Assembly (NCBI RefSeq): GCF_009914755.1
Contig: NC_060927.1
Source: the human T2T-CHM13v2.0 reference genome, Homo sapiens
Reading direction: 5' to 3' (one strand)
Length of the DNA: 64,000 bases
Shown here one piece after another: positions 1-16,512 of the stretch; within the stretch, counting starts at the first letter, position 1; each line of letters opens with the position of its first letter. The notes under the pieces were generated by a model. The model was not told the DNA's origin, searched no databases, and was given only the letters and a program-made list of their open reading frames with translations. Made by a program: the position numbers and the translations under genes.

Positions 1-322
1 TTAGAATTAGGTTGTACTCATCTGAAATAGATTGCAATAAGTTAAGATTCATGTTGTAATCTCTAGAGCAGCCACTAGGAAGATAATAAAAAAATTAAAA
101 TAGTTAACAGAGGAATTAAAATGATACATGAAAAACCATTCATTTAGTTCAACAGAAGGCTGTCAAGGAAAAACAGGAATTAAAAAGAAAATAAACACGC
201 ACAAAACAAATACAATGGCAAATGTAAAACTGGCCATATCAGTAGTTCACTTTAACTAGGAATGATCTAAATTCCCCAATAAAGGCAGAGACTGTCAAGC
301 TAGATTTTTTTTTAAAGCAAGA
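1..322 (+). mobile_element. Old L1 (L1M-type) fragment: ORF1-ORF2 spacer and start of ORF2 endonuclease
   Basis: ~236-305 atatcagtagttcactttaactaggaatgatctaaattccccaataaaggcagagactgtcaagctagat is a degenerate copy of the L1 ORF2 start (ISIITLNVNGLNSPIKRQRLSDWI). Confidence 0.7.
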
Positions 323-324
323 CA

Positions 325-1615
<1,291 letters not shown>

Positions 1616-3017
1616 TTAAATCATAAAATATTGAATTATTTTAAGAGTTTCATTAAAAAATTCAGGTAAATGCTTCCAATGTTTGGGTTTCTGAACATCT
1701 TTACTCTATGGTCAGATATGAGAGAAGCTTTTCGAAATGAGTATCTGTAATACTTTTCTTAATTTTACTTTGGACCTATAGTTCATACATACGCAGAACT
1801 ATACCATGAATCCATTTTCCCAATCATTCAGCTTTGTGAGATGTTATTGGTGCAAAAATCTCCTGATGAATAAGTACCTTCCTTTAGGGACATGCCCTGT
1901 TAAATGCCAACTAGCTCATATTTTTTATAGTGCTATTTAGGGGAAATACTTTCAAAATACATTAATATATAGCCTTCCTTCATAGTATGTTGTTAGACTA
2001 TAAATACATTCTTCCTTATAATCTGCATGCTATATCACATGCCCTCATCCAACGGTGTTTGGCAGGTAGCAGTGTATGATCTGCTGACAAGTGTTGCTGT
2101 GTGTATCATACAGTAAAAGCTTTCAGCCCATGAGTATTCTCCCATGTTATTCTGAGTTGAGTCTGTTCAGCCACCTGTGTTTATTCATCCACAGACTTTC
2201 TACCATTGTGTGTTACTGATGTGACTTATAATGGTATCAGAGGCACACAAGTGATAGTACGGGGCTTACTCCAGAGAATCAGTGAGAGAGCCTCCAGTTA
2301 GATGTAGATGCAAGACTTGCATTTAGTTAAGAATGGTCGATGTGCTTGCAGGGAAATGCTTGAGGAAATGCAGTCAAAGTCGGCAGACACTTGGAGACAG
2401 GTAGGAGTCTTTTGACCTTATCATGAACAAACCTTGCCCACCGGGATGAGTGATCAACAGTTAAATGATGGACTTCTGGGAAAAAAATCTCTAGCTTGAG
2501 GAAGTTATATCTTCAAGAACTGAAGAAAATGGAAGTTACTGCGTGATTCAGGAACGTATCCCCATGGGGATTTTCTAGAACAGCTCCATATAGCACATTC
2601 AGGTAGTGTCCCTGTGTCTGACAAAGCCTTCCAACTGTCACCCCTGCTGAATGACTGAGGGTGGGGACAGCATGCTTATATTTTACAAAGATGAGCACCC
2701 AGTGTTTCTGTCTTCAGGGACGCTGTCCTGGCCTCCTTGTGCTAAGTCTTGCCGTTTGTACAGTGGGTACTCCACGTTGAAATTGGAGTGATCTTTTAAA
2801 GTGACTGTTATGATAGTGTGTTTCCCTGCTCTAAACCTATGAAAGGCCCCCATTGCCCTTAGGATAATAGCCAAACTCAACAGTAGGGCCTGCACTGCTC
2901 TACCTGCCCATCTTACCTCATTGTTCACTACTCCTTGCTCCTCCAATTCCAGCCTTTTTTACATGTGGCTCCCCCTGCTTGAATCACCTTGGTACTGACC
3001 CCACACCCATCCCACTG

Positions 3018-3022
<5 letters not shown>

Positions 3023-3054
<32 letters not shown>
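3023..3054. repeat. (AC)16 microsatellite
   Basis: Directly visible. Confidence 0.98.
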
Positions 3055-3056
<2 letters not shown>

Positions 3057-3194
3057 GCAGACACGCAGGGTAACTCTTCCTCATTTTTCTGCCTCCCCTG
3101 ATTGCTCAACAGTGTGTTACAAACCTCTGTTAAGTGCTCCTTTAGTATTTCCTGCATCCTGTTTTCTTGCCCTTACCACACTTAGAGCAGGCAC

Positions 3195-3917
3195 TGCTAA
3201 TTGCCTTCCCAACACCCATTCTACATTTTTTCCTTATTAGTAGAGCCCTGATTTTTCTCAGAGTAACAGTGTGCTCAGTTAAAAAGTACTTAACCTTCCC
3301 AGACTCCCTTGCAGCTGTGTGTGGTCATATGACCTAGTTATAGCCAATGACATGTAAGGGAAGCCTACTGGATCGAATGTCCAGAAAGTCATTGTCTCCA
3401 TTTAAAGCAGAAGCAGGCTCAACTAGTCTGTACATTGTTTTGCCTTTGTCCTTCACATTGTCTCCTCTGCCCATTTGGAATTTGGATTTGAGCCTTAAGG
3501 AGCAGCAGACATCTTAGGAAATCAGAAATGAAGGCAAACACCAAGGATGGCAGAGCAGGAAAATTGAAGGGACCTGTGGTCTTAGCAACAATAGGAAGCT
3601 ACCTTAACTGTCTGGGGCTGTCTACCCGTGGATTTCTGTCTCTCTCTTTTTTTAAAATAATTTTTATTTGTTTTTATTTTTATTGAGACAGAGCCTTGCT
3701 CTGTCGCTCAGGCTGGAGTGCAGTGGTGCACTCATAGCTGACTGCGGCCTCTAACTCCCAGGCTCAAGCCATCCTCCTACCTCAGCCTCCCCAGTAGCTG
3801 GGACTACAGGCACGTGCAACCACTCCTGGCTGGATTTCTTTTTACATGGACATGTTTCTGTTAAATTCCTATTTTATTATTGTGTTATAAGGGGCTGAAC
3901 ACATTCCTAACTAATCT
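3195..3917 (+). mobile_element. MaLR LTR (MLT1J/K-like), interrupted by an Alu monomer
   Basis: ttcccagactcccttgcagct..ggtcatatgacctagttatagccaatga, ggatggcagagcagg, end gctgaacacattcctaactaatc. Confidence 0.75.
3646..3830 (-). mobile_element. Alu right-arm monomer (FRAM or truncated AluJ)
   Basis: Single arm with T-rich tail; TSD tggatttct on both sides. Confidence 0.85.
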
Positions 3918-4181
3918 AGTACAACTTTTTAACTGGCTGTTTACTTAACTGACTTTATTTCTGATGAGTGGTATTCCCAGTGACTGGAATAGTACTCGAC
4001 AGGAAATTGGTGTTTAGTAAAAGTTTGCTGAATAAATAATTGGTTGGATAAATAAATCAAGGTGAAAATGTATGGATTTTTCCATGATTTATATTTATTC
4101 TCCTTAGGCATGTTTCCCATCTGAGGGGTGGGAGGGAGGTGTCTCGATATCCCATAAGAATTTTTGATATACTCTTTAGAG

Positions 4182-4407
4182 CAAGGTTTCTCAGCCTGGG
4201 CTTAATGGACATCTGGGGCCAGATAGTTCTTCATCATGAGTGAGGGAATGTGCTCTGCAATATTCGATGTCTAGCAGCATCTTTGGTCACTACCTACTAG
4301 ATTCCAGTACCACTCCTGCCCCTCTCCATTTGTGACAAACAATAATGTGTCCAGAGATTGCCAGGTGTCTCCTGGGTGGCAAAATTGCTCCTGGATGAGA
4401 ACTACTG
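4182..4407 (-). mobile_element. MER20 (hAT-Charlie MITE)
   Basis: TIRs caaggtttctcag / tgagaactactg; 8-bp TSD ctttagag/ttctagag; internal match to MER20 consensus. Confidence 0.9.
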
Positions 4408-4419
4408 TTCTAGAGAAGA

Positions 4420-4588
4420 GATTCTGAAGTTGAGTTCTATAAACTATTGGGTAGGATATGTATGCGTGCACCCCCTAAAATAATGTGAAACTGTTGTTGT
4501 GTATACATGCATTGCTCTGGGGAGAGTGCCTACAACTTTCATTATATTCTCAAGGAGGTCAATGGCTCAGCCAGGTTAAGAGCCATTG
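4420..4588 (-). mobile_element. MER103-like hAT MITE
   Basis: Reverse strand reads caatggctcttaacc..ttgagaatataatgaaag..ctctccccagagcaatgcatgtatacac. Confidence 0.6.
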
Positions 4589-5279
4589 CTCTAGAATTTT
4601 CAAGCTGTTTTTCAACTATTCACCATGTTTCCCTTTAACCTCCTATACACCTTGAGCTTAATAGGCAGAGAGGCTGATTAAGAGCACTGCTTAACGACTA
4701 TGCAAGTTTTAATCAAGTGTTCAAGTCTAATAAACTAGAATTGCTATGAGGCCCACAAAACAAGCCTTTTGATATTTTGGAGAGCTGCTATAAATATGGA
4801 AATTGAGGATGGTATTCTTGTGCCTTATAACCTAACAATCAATCCACTTAACAAAGGAGAATCAAATTGCAGTTTTGAAACTCTAAATGTAGTAGTAATT
4901 GGATGAAAAGTACGAAGAGAAACTCTCATAAACATATGACTTAAAAATGGTCTCAAGTGAATATATACCGGCAGGAAAATTTGAATTATATAAAAAAAAT
5001 AAGATGGATGTAAGCCTGACTGAACTGAATTTAATGGTCGATGTTCTCACTTACTTAATCACATAATGCCACTACTTGGGACTCTATATTACTGAAGCAA
5101 ATCATTTGTTGCATCCAAAGGGAGCCATAATAATGCAAAATGTGCCATGAAATACCCAATTAAATTATTTTAACACGTTGGAGATTGTGGGCCAGTGCAC
5201 GTGTCCTAGTCATCCCTCAGCCTGACAGTCTGTAGGGTCTGATCTGTGTTTAATATCTGGTTTATATTTCTCCACTCTG

Positions 5280-5281
<2 letters not shown>

Positions 5282-5332
<51 letters not shown>

Positions 5333-5341
5333 CGCGCGCGC
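5282..5341. repeat. Compound (TG)21(CG)8 microsatellite
   Basis: Directly visible. Confidence 0.98.
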
Positions 5342-6039
5342 ATATGCACATGTACGGAGGTACTTACTGCTCAGCTCTAGCTCAGAAGATGTTTGAGTAC
5401 AGCACAGCTGGGAATATAAGAAATAAAAATAATCTATAAATAAGACAGTCACTTCCCCGAGCACTCCTAGGGGAAGCTGGGAACATGGCATACGTGGAAC
5501 TCGGAAATGAGGTTTCCTGAACTTTCTACCATGGCAGAAGCTTACTGCAGTGAATCTGCCATGGACATGTATCTTGCTAAGTGATAAAATAGAGTTGTCT
5601 GCTGGAAACAAATATTTCAGTTGCTTGCATTGGTTTGAGGGATGGATGGGGGAGAATGTACAAAACTCCCCTTTTCACCTATAAATTATCTTAATTCTAG
5701 TTATTCTATACTACAACTAAGGATGTATGTAGATAAACCACATATAGTTTAAATATATATTTTCTGAATATAAAAGTCATATGTATTTATTATAGAAAAA
5801 TATAAAAAAGAAAATGAGAATTTTCTAGGACATTACCACCAAAAGACAACCACTCAATACATTTCCTTTTCATGTGTGCCAGAATCTAAAAAACTTAAAA
5901 CTTTTTTTTATTAATACGGAAAGCTGTGATAATAGCATGCAACCCTTGGGTACAGAGATAGTAACTGCTCATTTTTGAATATAAATGTTCCTGTTTATTC
6001 TCCCCAAAGACTCTTGCACACATACATATATGTAAATGA

Positions 6040-6508
<469 letters not shown>

Positions 6509-6874
6509 TCAGAAAAGAGAATAATAATACCTCAGGCCCACCGTTCACATTAACATGGTGCACACTGAAAAACACATATATGTCCATTTATTGGATTTTA
6601 CAGAAATGGGATTCGACTTAACTATTCTAGAGAGCCAGCTGTCACGTGCTGTGTGCTTTTTGTGCAAATTATAAAAAGGCGCCCTCTTCCTGGTGTATAC
6701 AGCTCTCATCTGCCTCCCTGGGTTTGTGCAAGATTCAAGCTGTTCAAATATAGGCGGCACCTCTGCTGTTTCATAATTTGATCTTTTCAGTTAGCAATGT
6801 GTGGAAGACATCTATTATCATATATGGAGGTACTACTACTGCCACCACCGTATCCACATCACTACTACAAGAGG

Positions 6875-7100
6875 GAACACTTAATTATAGTGCTTATCGC
6901 ACTCTAGGTACTGTTCTGAGAGTTTTAGAAGTCCTTAAACAACTATGTAGTAGGTACTATTATTTCTCCATTTTATAGATGGGGAGAAATGAGACATACA
7001 GAAATTAAGTCACTTGTCCAAAGTCATCCAGCTAGTGAGTAGCAGGACTAGGATTTGAACGTGGACAGTCTGGTTTCCGAGTCTGTGTTTTTAACTACTC
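6875..7100 (-). mobile_element. MIR
   Basis: Core ccattttatagatgggg..aagtcacttgtccaaagtca..ggatttgaac. Confidence 0.85.
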
Positions 7101-7209
7101 TGCAATTCTAATTAATCTCTTGTTGGCAATGTCTTTTTTTTTTTCCCTTTTAAAACAATGTTGCAGTGAACATTTTTCCTTAGGATAATTTTCTACTTAG
7201 TTTTTATTT

Positions 7210-7420
7210 AATAAACACTATTAAATAACACCAAATGCCTGACACTGCTCTAAGCACTTTATAAAAATTAATTCACTTAATTCTCATAACAATGCTAGGA
7301 GTCAGGATTTATTACAAACTTCATACTGTACGTGAGCCACAGAGAGGGTAACCAGAATAAATGTCAGAGCTGGGATTACAGTCTGGGCACTTTGACTACA
7401 GGGTCTTTCCTTAACCATCA
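7210..7420 (-). mobile_element. MIR
   Basis: cactgctctaagcacttt..ttaattctcataacaat..gagctgggatt. Confidence 0.7.
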
Positions 7421-8522
7421 ACTTATACAGCTTCTTCCTGTCTTCAAGAAGCAAGGAAGCATCATGGACCATAATTTGGATATAAAACTACCAGGTTGCA
7501 TGGCAGAAAGAGTATACCAACATATATATATCTTCTCTTTTGTTTCAGTGATCTTTGTCTATGCACATCAAAATATAATTAAGATTATACTGAATACCCA
7601 AATTTATCCAATAATTAATTTCCTTATTAAAAATAATTTAGAAACTAAGATAAAAATTAAATTTCTAATGATAAACCATCCAGAGATAATCATTAATATT
7701 TGCAATAGGCTTTACAGTATTTTTTATGGAAGTATAAATATACACACATTAAATATAAAATTGCTATGCTTCTTGCAATGAAAATGATTTTTGACATTAA
7801 ATAGACTTTACAACTATAGATCTTTTTATTGCAACAGTGAATTATAAAGGTGAATTACAGTATATTTAACAAGCCAATTATTAAAACAGGTTACTTCCAG
7901 GTTTAGGTTTTTGCTGGAAAAAACAGTGATGAACATCTTCATACATTATTCTTGGTGTGACTTTCTATTAAGGTAGATTCCTGGAAGAGAAATAATTAGG
8001 TCAAAGACTATAAATATTTTAGGGCTTTAGAGATATAACTTTTAGTTAGTTTGCAACATAGTCATTTTTTCTAATTTACTAAAAACTATTCACAAGTACC
8101 ATTTTACTCTTTGAATAATATGCAGGTATACAGTTACTGTACCTTACGTAACCATTTTGCTCCAGTTTGATGACTTCTATTTAGAGTGCTGTTAATAATT
8201 TAAAGTTAATATCCCATTCTGATAACTATTAATACCTTATACCTCCTTTAATGTAATTTTTAGGCAGTATTTGAATCATTGATAATTTTAGGAATAAAAA
8301 ATCGTTTTGATTTTGAAAAATTATTTCCCAGTCTGAAAATTTTCCTTTAGCATTTCTTGGAGTTCAGGTCTGATGGTGACAAATTCTTTTAATTTCCTTA
8401 CATCTGAAAATATTTTTATTTTGTCTTCAAATTTTTTTTTTAGTATGTGTGCCAAAGTGAATACTTGTCTTCATTCTTGAAAGATATTTTAGTTGGATAT
8501 AGAACTTTCTTTGGACAGTTAG

Positions 8523-8556
<34 letters not shown>

Positions 8557-9070
8557 ATGTGTTTTAAATTCAGGACTTTACAGTTGTTGTTCCACTGTCT
8601 TCTGGTCTCCACAGTTGCTGATGAGGAGTCTGTGATCATGTGGCTCCCTTGTATGTAATGTGTCATTTTCCTCTGGCTGCTTTCAAGATTTTCTCTTTAT
8701 TTTTGGCTCTCAGCAGTTTGGTTATGATGTGATAGGCATAATTTTCTTTGTATTTATGCTGCTTGAGATTTGCTTAGTTTTGTAAAGATGTAAATATATA
8801 ATTTTAACCAAATGAGGGAAAATTTGAATTTTATATATTAAAATATTTTTCTACCCATCTCTTTCTTTCTCTCTCTTTCCCTCCCTCTCTCTTATTTCCT
8901 TCTAAGACTATAATTATACAAAAGCTAGACAATATGTTATTATCCCAAAGTTCTCTGAGGCTCTGTATATTTTTCTTTACATTTGATAATTTCTTTTGAT
9001 CTATCTTAAATTTCACAAAGTCTTTCCTCTGCCATCTCCATTTTCTGTTAAGCCCCTGTACTGACTTCTA

Positions 9071-9414
<344 letters not shown>

Positions 9415-9427
9415 TAAAATTTTTAAA

Positions 9428-9968
<541 letters not shown>

Positions 9969-10034
9969 TGAAGAGCATTGGTGTTTTTGTTTTATCAAGT
10001 CATTAACTTGGTTGAACTAAAATTATAAACTCTG

Positions 10035-10358
<324 letters not shown>

Positions 10359-10650
10359 TCAAATCTCAGTTCAATTCCGCATCCTTGTCTAGGCTATTTC
10401 AAAATCTGCTCTGTGCATACTTAGTTCACAGGTCAGACACACACTTGGGTAGCGTACATATGCAGAAATTGGAATTCTCCCTTTTGGCTTTCTCTTCTCA
10501 AAAATTCTCTCCTTACTTTCTAGTGGCTGTGATGGCCCCAGACTGTTCTCCTGTTCTTCAGGTCAGAAAAATCATAATTCCTCTTGCAGGGTTTTATGTA
10601 CTCCATGTGGAGCTGACTAGCTTGCCTTCAGGCTTAAAGCCATAGAGACC

Positions 10651-10809
10651 GTGGCACGATCATAGCTCACCACAGCCTCAATCTCCCAGGTTCAAGCAAT
10701 CCTCCTGCCTCAGCCTCCTGAATAGCTGGGACTAAAGGCACACACCACCACACCTGGCTAATTGTTTTGAGTTTTAATAGAGATGAGGTCTTGCTATGTT
10801 GCCCAGGCT
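10651..10809 (-). mobile_element. Internal AluJ fragment truncated at both ends
   Basis: Starts gtggcacgatcatagctcac and stops at gttgcccaggct; no tail, no head. Confidence 0.85.
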
Positions 10810-11074
10810 CATTTTATGCCTTTCTTTTCTTCCAGGTTTTGACTATCCTCCTGAATGTCTGTTTTTGTTCACTCTCCAGTACCTTCAAGTCATTGTTCGT
10901 TATTTTGTGTTTTATCCAGAGTTTATAGCTGTTATGTTTGGGACCCCTGATTTCTGTAGGAGTCTCTTTAGCCAGACCAGAAGCTGAACTCCTATATGTT
11001 CTAAGGAAGTAATATAATTTATCTTCCAACAGTTGAACCTCTGAGGCAGGTTACACCCACAAACTTCAATAGCA

Positions 11075-11230
11075 GTTTTTTGGTAGCACTTATGGGATTT
11101 GTTATTAAATAACTATTTGCATACTTATTTGTTTAACGTGTCTTTCCCACGAGAGCCTGGAATCCTGTGATCCCAGTACCTAGCCCTGGTACATAGTGGC
11201 AGCCTCTTAAATATTTGTTGAGATGAATAT
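11075..11230 (+). mobile_element. L2 3' end
   Basis: ctggtacatagtggcagcctcttaaatatttgttgagatgaat. Confidence 0.65.
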
Positions 11231-13700
11231 GAACAGGAGCTGACGAGGCCTAAGTTAGGACAAAGGCATTGAATGTAGAAAGAACAGGATGTGTTTCAGG
11301 GAAACTTCAGAGAGAGCTTTAAGGGAATTTACTTCTTGGCTAGATGATTGGGGGGAATGAGGAAGCTGGAGGAGCAAGCCTCAAGGATTCTAGCTGGAGT
11401 TACTTGGCGGATGGTTAATACAAATAGGACAGGTACAAGAGGGCTGTGCTTTAAGACCAGGTGTTCCGAGCATTGAGAAAAATGATTCTTTGGTCTCTGC
11501 ATGTTGATGAATCCTCCTAATTTGTGATTAGAATTTAACCTGCCCTCAGCCCATTTTTGTCTGGGACTGAGATTCAAGAAGGAGCAGTAACCAAGTTTCT
11601 AATTCTTCTCTCCTGTTCAGGTGCAGCTGGATCTGCTGAGAGAGAAGTGAGCAGGTCTAGAATCCAGGGAGTCTATTAAGGAAGGGTGTTTCTCTGTGAT
11701 AAGGAGCTGAGTGTTGAAATGTAATCCTCCAAACCTTTGCCTCCCCAGGACTCCGTTAAATTGTTCCTATTAGCGTGATTGCACCAAGATACCACAAGAG
11801 CAGGGAACTATTAGAAAACCTGAAAATGAGGGGAGAGATTTCGGAAGCTGTGCCTCAGCCATGATTTAGGAGTTTCACTAAATTCATAAGTGGAAATGTC
11901 TGACAGCCTCAGAACCCGAAATCTTTCATCTTCCTGGTGGAATACAAGTTTGCTTGTGCAGTAAAATGAAAACTGGTGTTGAACACTGCAGTAAAGTTCA
12001 TGTTCCCTTAGTAGCGAGGTTGGGATGAGAGCATAATTACTCCTAGAAATGCTGTCCTGGGCCCCTTTCCTGTACACGGCCCCGAGAAAGGCAGCATCTA
12101 TTACCTGATTCTAGGGCACTAGCCAAAAATTTCCCATTAGCACCTTTGATTGCATCTGGAGTCACAGGCTTTCAGCTAATTCTTCAATGAGGAGTTGTTG
12201 TTTTTCAAACCTCAGTCAAGACATTTAGCACCAGGAACACCTCTGCTGAGGGACTCCCCCTGCAATTAAGAAAAACAGGTTTCCAAGGGGGAGGAAGCTT
12301 TGTTGTGAGCTGTAAGTTGCAGAAGGATTTCTGTTGCCACTTCAGTGTTGAGGCGGTCCTCATCAGGATGTCTCGTTCTCTGCCACCCACCCCCACAGCT
12401 ATGCACTAGGGGACTGATACCTTGTAGTCAGGGGGAGTTAGAAGTGGAAACAAGGAGATGATGAAGGATGAAACAAGTCCAGCAACTGGATGGAGACTTG
12501 CAGAAGCAGACTCTAGTGCATTCATAGTATTTTGCACAACAGAACAACGTTGCTAACCAAATGTCAATGACCCTCATCTGTGGACTCCTTCCCATGCAAG
12601 CAGCTAATTCTGGGGGCTCCAGGGGCCATATCTGGTGAGCACTCTAAGCACACCTTCTTTGCTTCTCTGCACCAGCCCCCTCATTGCATCCCACCCTGTG
12701 CATCCCAGGGTGCAGCCTGGTCCAGCCAAACAGGCACTACTGCCACTCTGAGTTGCTCTTCTGAGCACTAAAGTTGCTCTCCTATTCCCCACCATGGTCT
12801 TCCTAAGTCTGCAAGGTCCCAAGGCTCCCTCTCCAATTCCCTCTATAAAGCAACCTTGTGTGTGCCCAGAGCTCCATGAGGTTCTTCCTGAAAACAGCCC
12901 CTGCATGTCTCCCGGGCTACCTTGCTCTCTGCAGTTGGGGTTGTCACAGTGGAGCCCCACAGCCAGCTTTCTGTAGATACTGAGGTCTAGATTGCACCCT
13001 AGACCACTGAAATTAGGATCCCATGGAGTAGGCCTTGGGATTGTAATTTATAAGCTCCCCAGGTGACTCTAATGGTCTGAGCACTGTGGCTCTGCAAGAC
13101 GCAGGTCAGAACCTGACCTCTGGCTGGGCTGGGCAGGGCAGAGGGTTGCTACTTCCTTGTTTCCCCATCTCCAGTCCCAGATGCCTGCAGGTTTCTTTCC
13201 TCCCACACAGTTAGATGTCTGCCTTTGCATGGTACTGGCGATAACTCACCCGCTTGGCTAGAGGCCAGACTTTGGATTCCAGTTTACTCATAAACGTTGT
13301 AAGTGGCAATTTCAAGTACTTCTTTTGTTCTCTGCTGATAAATCTGATGTGAAGCTGTGGGCTGAGTGTCTTAGGGATGGGAAAAAATGTGGAGTGGGAG
13401 GCTTAACATAGCCACAGAATCCATTTCTGGCGGTATGACCTTCAATCACTTAAACTATCTGAACCTCAGTTTTCTTATCTGTAAAGTGGTACATAAAGGC
13501 TGTAGCAGTATGTACCTCATGGAGCAGAAATTGGGTGATGTATACAAAAACATTTTGTATAAGTAAGGCAGTATGAAAAAGCAACACCTTGCTATTTGAT
13601 TATTATCCAACTGGTCTTGTAGATCTGGGACTTGAACTTAATACGGTGAGTATCACTGATTCACCATGAATTCATTACCGCTATTGGAAAAGCTGTCCTG

Positions 13701-14003
<303 letters not shown>

Positions 14004-14208
14004 CTATTCTAAGCACATGTCCTGGTGATGAAACCTTAATGCCTAATGCCTTATCTTTGTAAATGGGGGAGCAGCTTTATCACTATTGTTTAATTCTGAG
14101 ATATTCTGTAATAGTACCATTTTCTATTGGCATAGTTGTTCATCTTCCCAGTACCAGGAATTCTGGCCCTGGAATATTCTCATTTTTCTAGAAAGGTACC
14201 ATCTAGAC

Positions 14209-14393
14209 CAGAAGTTCTCAAATATTTGCAGTAACAGAATCACCTGGAAGCTGTGTTAAAACAGATGACTGGGCCCCACCCCCAGAGTTTCTGATAGAGT
14301 AGATTTGAGTGGGGCCCAATAATTTGAATTTCTAACAAGTTCCCAGGTGAAGCTGATGCTGCTAGTTCAGGGAGCCCACATGGAGAACCACAG
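14209..14393. mobile_element. MER5A (hAT-Charlie MITE)
   Basis: TIR cagaagttctcaa / gagaaccacag; core gggccccacccccagagtttctga..ggggcccaat. Confidence 0.88.
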
Positions 14394-14435
14394 TGTAGAC
14401 TTTCTCTATAGGTTGTCACAGCATAACCTCTAGGC

Positions 14436-14616
14436 CAGTGTTTTTATCCTTAGCTTCACCTTAGAATTGCCTGGAGAGCTTTTAAGAATACGGACCCCTG
14501 GGACTCACCCCACATTGATGGAATTGGTGTCTGTAGGTGGGGCCAGGGCATCACTATTTTTTAAATGCTCTGCTCCAAGGGTTGTTTCAACATGCAGCCA
14601 GAGGTGAGAAGCACTG
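14436..14616. mobile_element. MER5B-like MITE
   Basis: cagtg..ttagaattgcctggagagctttt..catgcagccagaggtgagaagcactg. Confidence 0.75.
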
Positions 14617-14624
14617 GCTTGGCC

Positions 14625-15293
14625 TAAATCACATTTCTGTGCTTCCAGTCTTGTGCCCTGTCACTCATTCTCTGCTCAGCAGCAGAGGTTATTTTTAAAA
14701 TATGAATTGGCCAATATCACAGCATTTCTCTGCTTCAAACAACTTCATTTACTTTCCCATGTGCTCAGGATCTGTACTCCATGTACCTCCAGACTCTGCT
14801 CAACCTACTCCCTCCTGACACTGCAGCCACACTGTCTCCGCATCTCACACATGCACCAGCACGTGGGCCTCCTTTCTGTTCTTCCAACAGGTCGAGCCCT
14901 GCCCCATGACAGGTCTTGGCCCTTGTCCTCTCTGGCTGGGCTGCTCCTTCCTTCTGTTTGAGCATCAGCTCAAATGTTCCCTTTCTAGAGAGGCCTTCCT
15001 TGGCCATCCGTGTTTACATGGACACCACATAGATTTGTGCAGCTTAAGGGCTGTACAATTCCATGGGGCCCCTTTCATATCATGGTTACGCTCTCATATT
15101 TCTTTGTCTACTGTCTTTGTAGCCCTGATCAAATTTTACTGTCTTGTTTATTTACTTGATTACTAGCGTATAATCTGTCTCCCAAACTAGAAATTGGCTT
15201 CCAGAGGGTAAGGACTTTGTCTGCCTCAGTCACTGCTGTTCAAGGTCCCTGCCAGGTAGTAGGTCCACAGATATATTTGTTGAATAAATGAAT
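14625..15293 (+). mobile_element. L2a 3' portion
   Basis: tcagctcaaatgttccctttctagagaggccttcc; end gtaggtccacagatatatttgttgaataaatgaat. Confidence 0.85.
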
Positions 15294-16157
15294 CCTTTAA
15301 ATCAGGGGCTGCAGGTACTTTGTTCTGTGACAACTGCTGCAAGGGATCAGCAACTCCAGACAAACCTGAAGATAGATTTTTATGGCCCTTGGGCTACATT
15401 TGGGGAAACTGGAGGCCAAGCTGGCTTCCCCTTGCTCTGAGTTGACTTCTCAGTGTTTGCCCATCACAGCCTAGGTCAGACAGTGGTGGGAGGGAGACTT
15501 GACGGGTGATTAAGGAGCCCTGGAGTGCTTCTCTTACAGAGGAGTGGAGCTGGAGAAGTGTCAGTAATTGATAATTGCCCATTTTATATGGAGGGTTTAT
15601 AGGCTAATCTCAATTAATTGTTTCTGAAAGAGTAGTAAAATTAGGCAAGGAGGCCATCCACGATGATGACTTGTGAGGGGCGGCTGCACAGACAGGCGAT
15701 TAGCATCACAGAGGTCAGAGCTGTCTGCATGTGAAGGGCATCATGTGCCCAGAACGAGGGGTCCTGGCTGAAGCATAGTCTTTCAAGGAGCCTAAATGGC
15801 AATTGCAAGGTTGCACTTCTATTGTAAGAAAAGAATCAGAGGACAGAATCCTGTGCTGCAGAGAAGGGATGTAGAGTCACAAAGGGTCAGATCTGAAAAT
15901 CTGGTGATCAGAAGCAAGCAGGTCCTCTTTCTACAGATTTTTTTCCTTCTTAAGCACAAAGAAGTTTTTCACAATTACACATATCCCTACACTTTTTGCA
16001 GGTGCAATGGTTTCTCCTAGGATTCATATAAAGTAATGCATAATGCAAATGTCTATGCAAAACTGAAGTGAAAGAAATGAACAACTCATAATTATCCTTG
16101 AATTTCAGGATAATAGGCAACATTGTCCAAAATGTAGCCACCCACCCACACTCATCA

Positions 16158-16512
<355 letters not shown>

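Larger units (their letters stand above)
2765..4045 (+). mobile_element. L2 relic (fragmented; hosts an MLT1 LTR and a microsatellite)
   Basis: gagtgatcttttaaa...cccattgcccttaggataatagccaaactc; 3' end tttagtaaaagtttgctgaataaat. Confidence 0.65.

Noticed and set aside
11600-11655. 26-nt microexon (tcctgttcAG|GTGCAG..GAA|GTGAGC)
   Set aside because: Not a multiple of 3, the peptide is unrecognised, and there is no other support.
15655-15780. Possible C/D snoRNA (ATGATGA ... CTGA)
   Set aside because: No terminal stem and no recognisable rRNA/snRNA guide; the boxes are expected by chance. The same applies at ~21003-21085.
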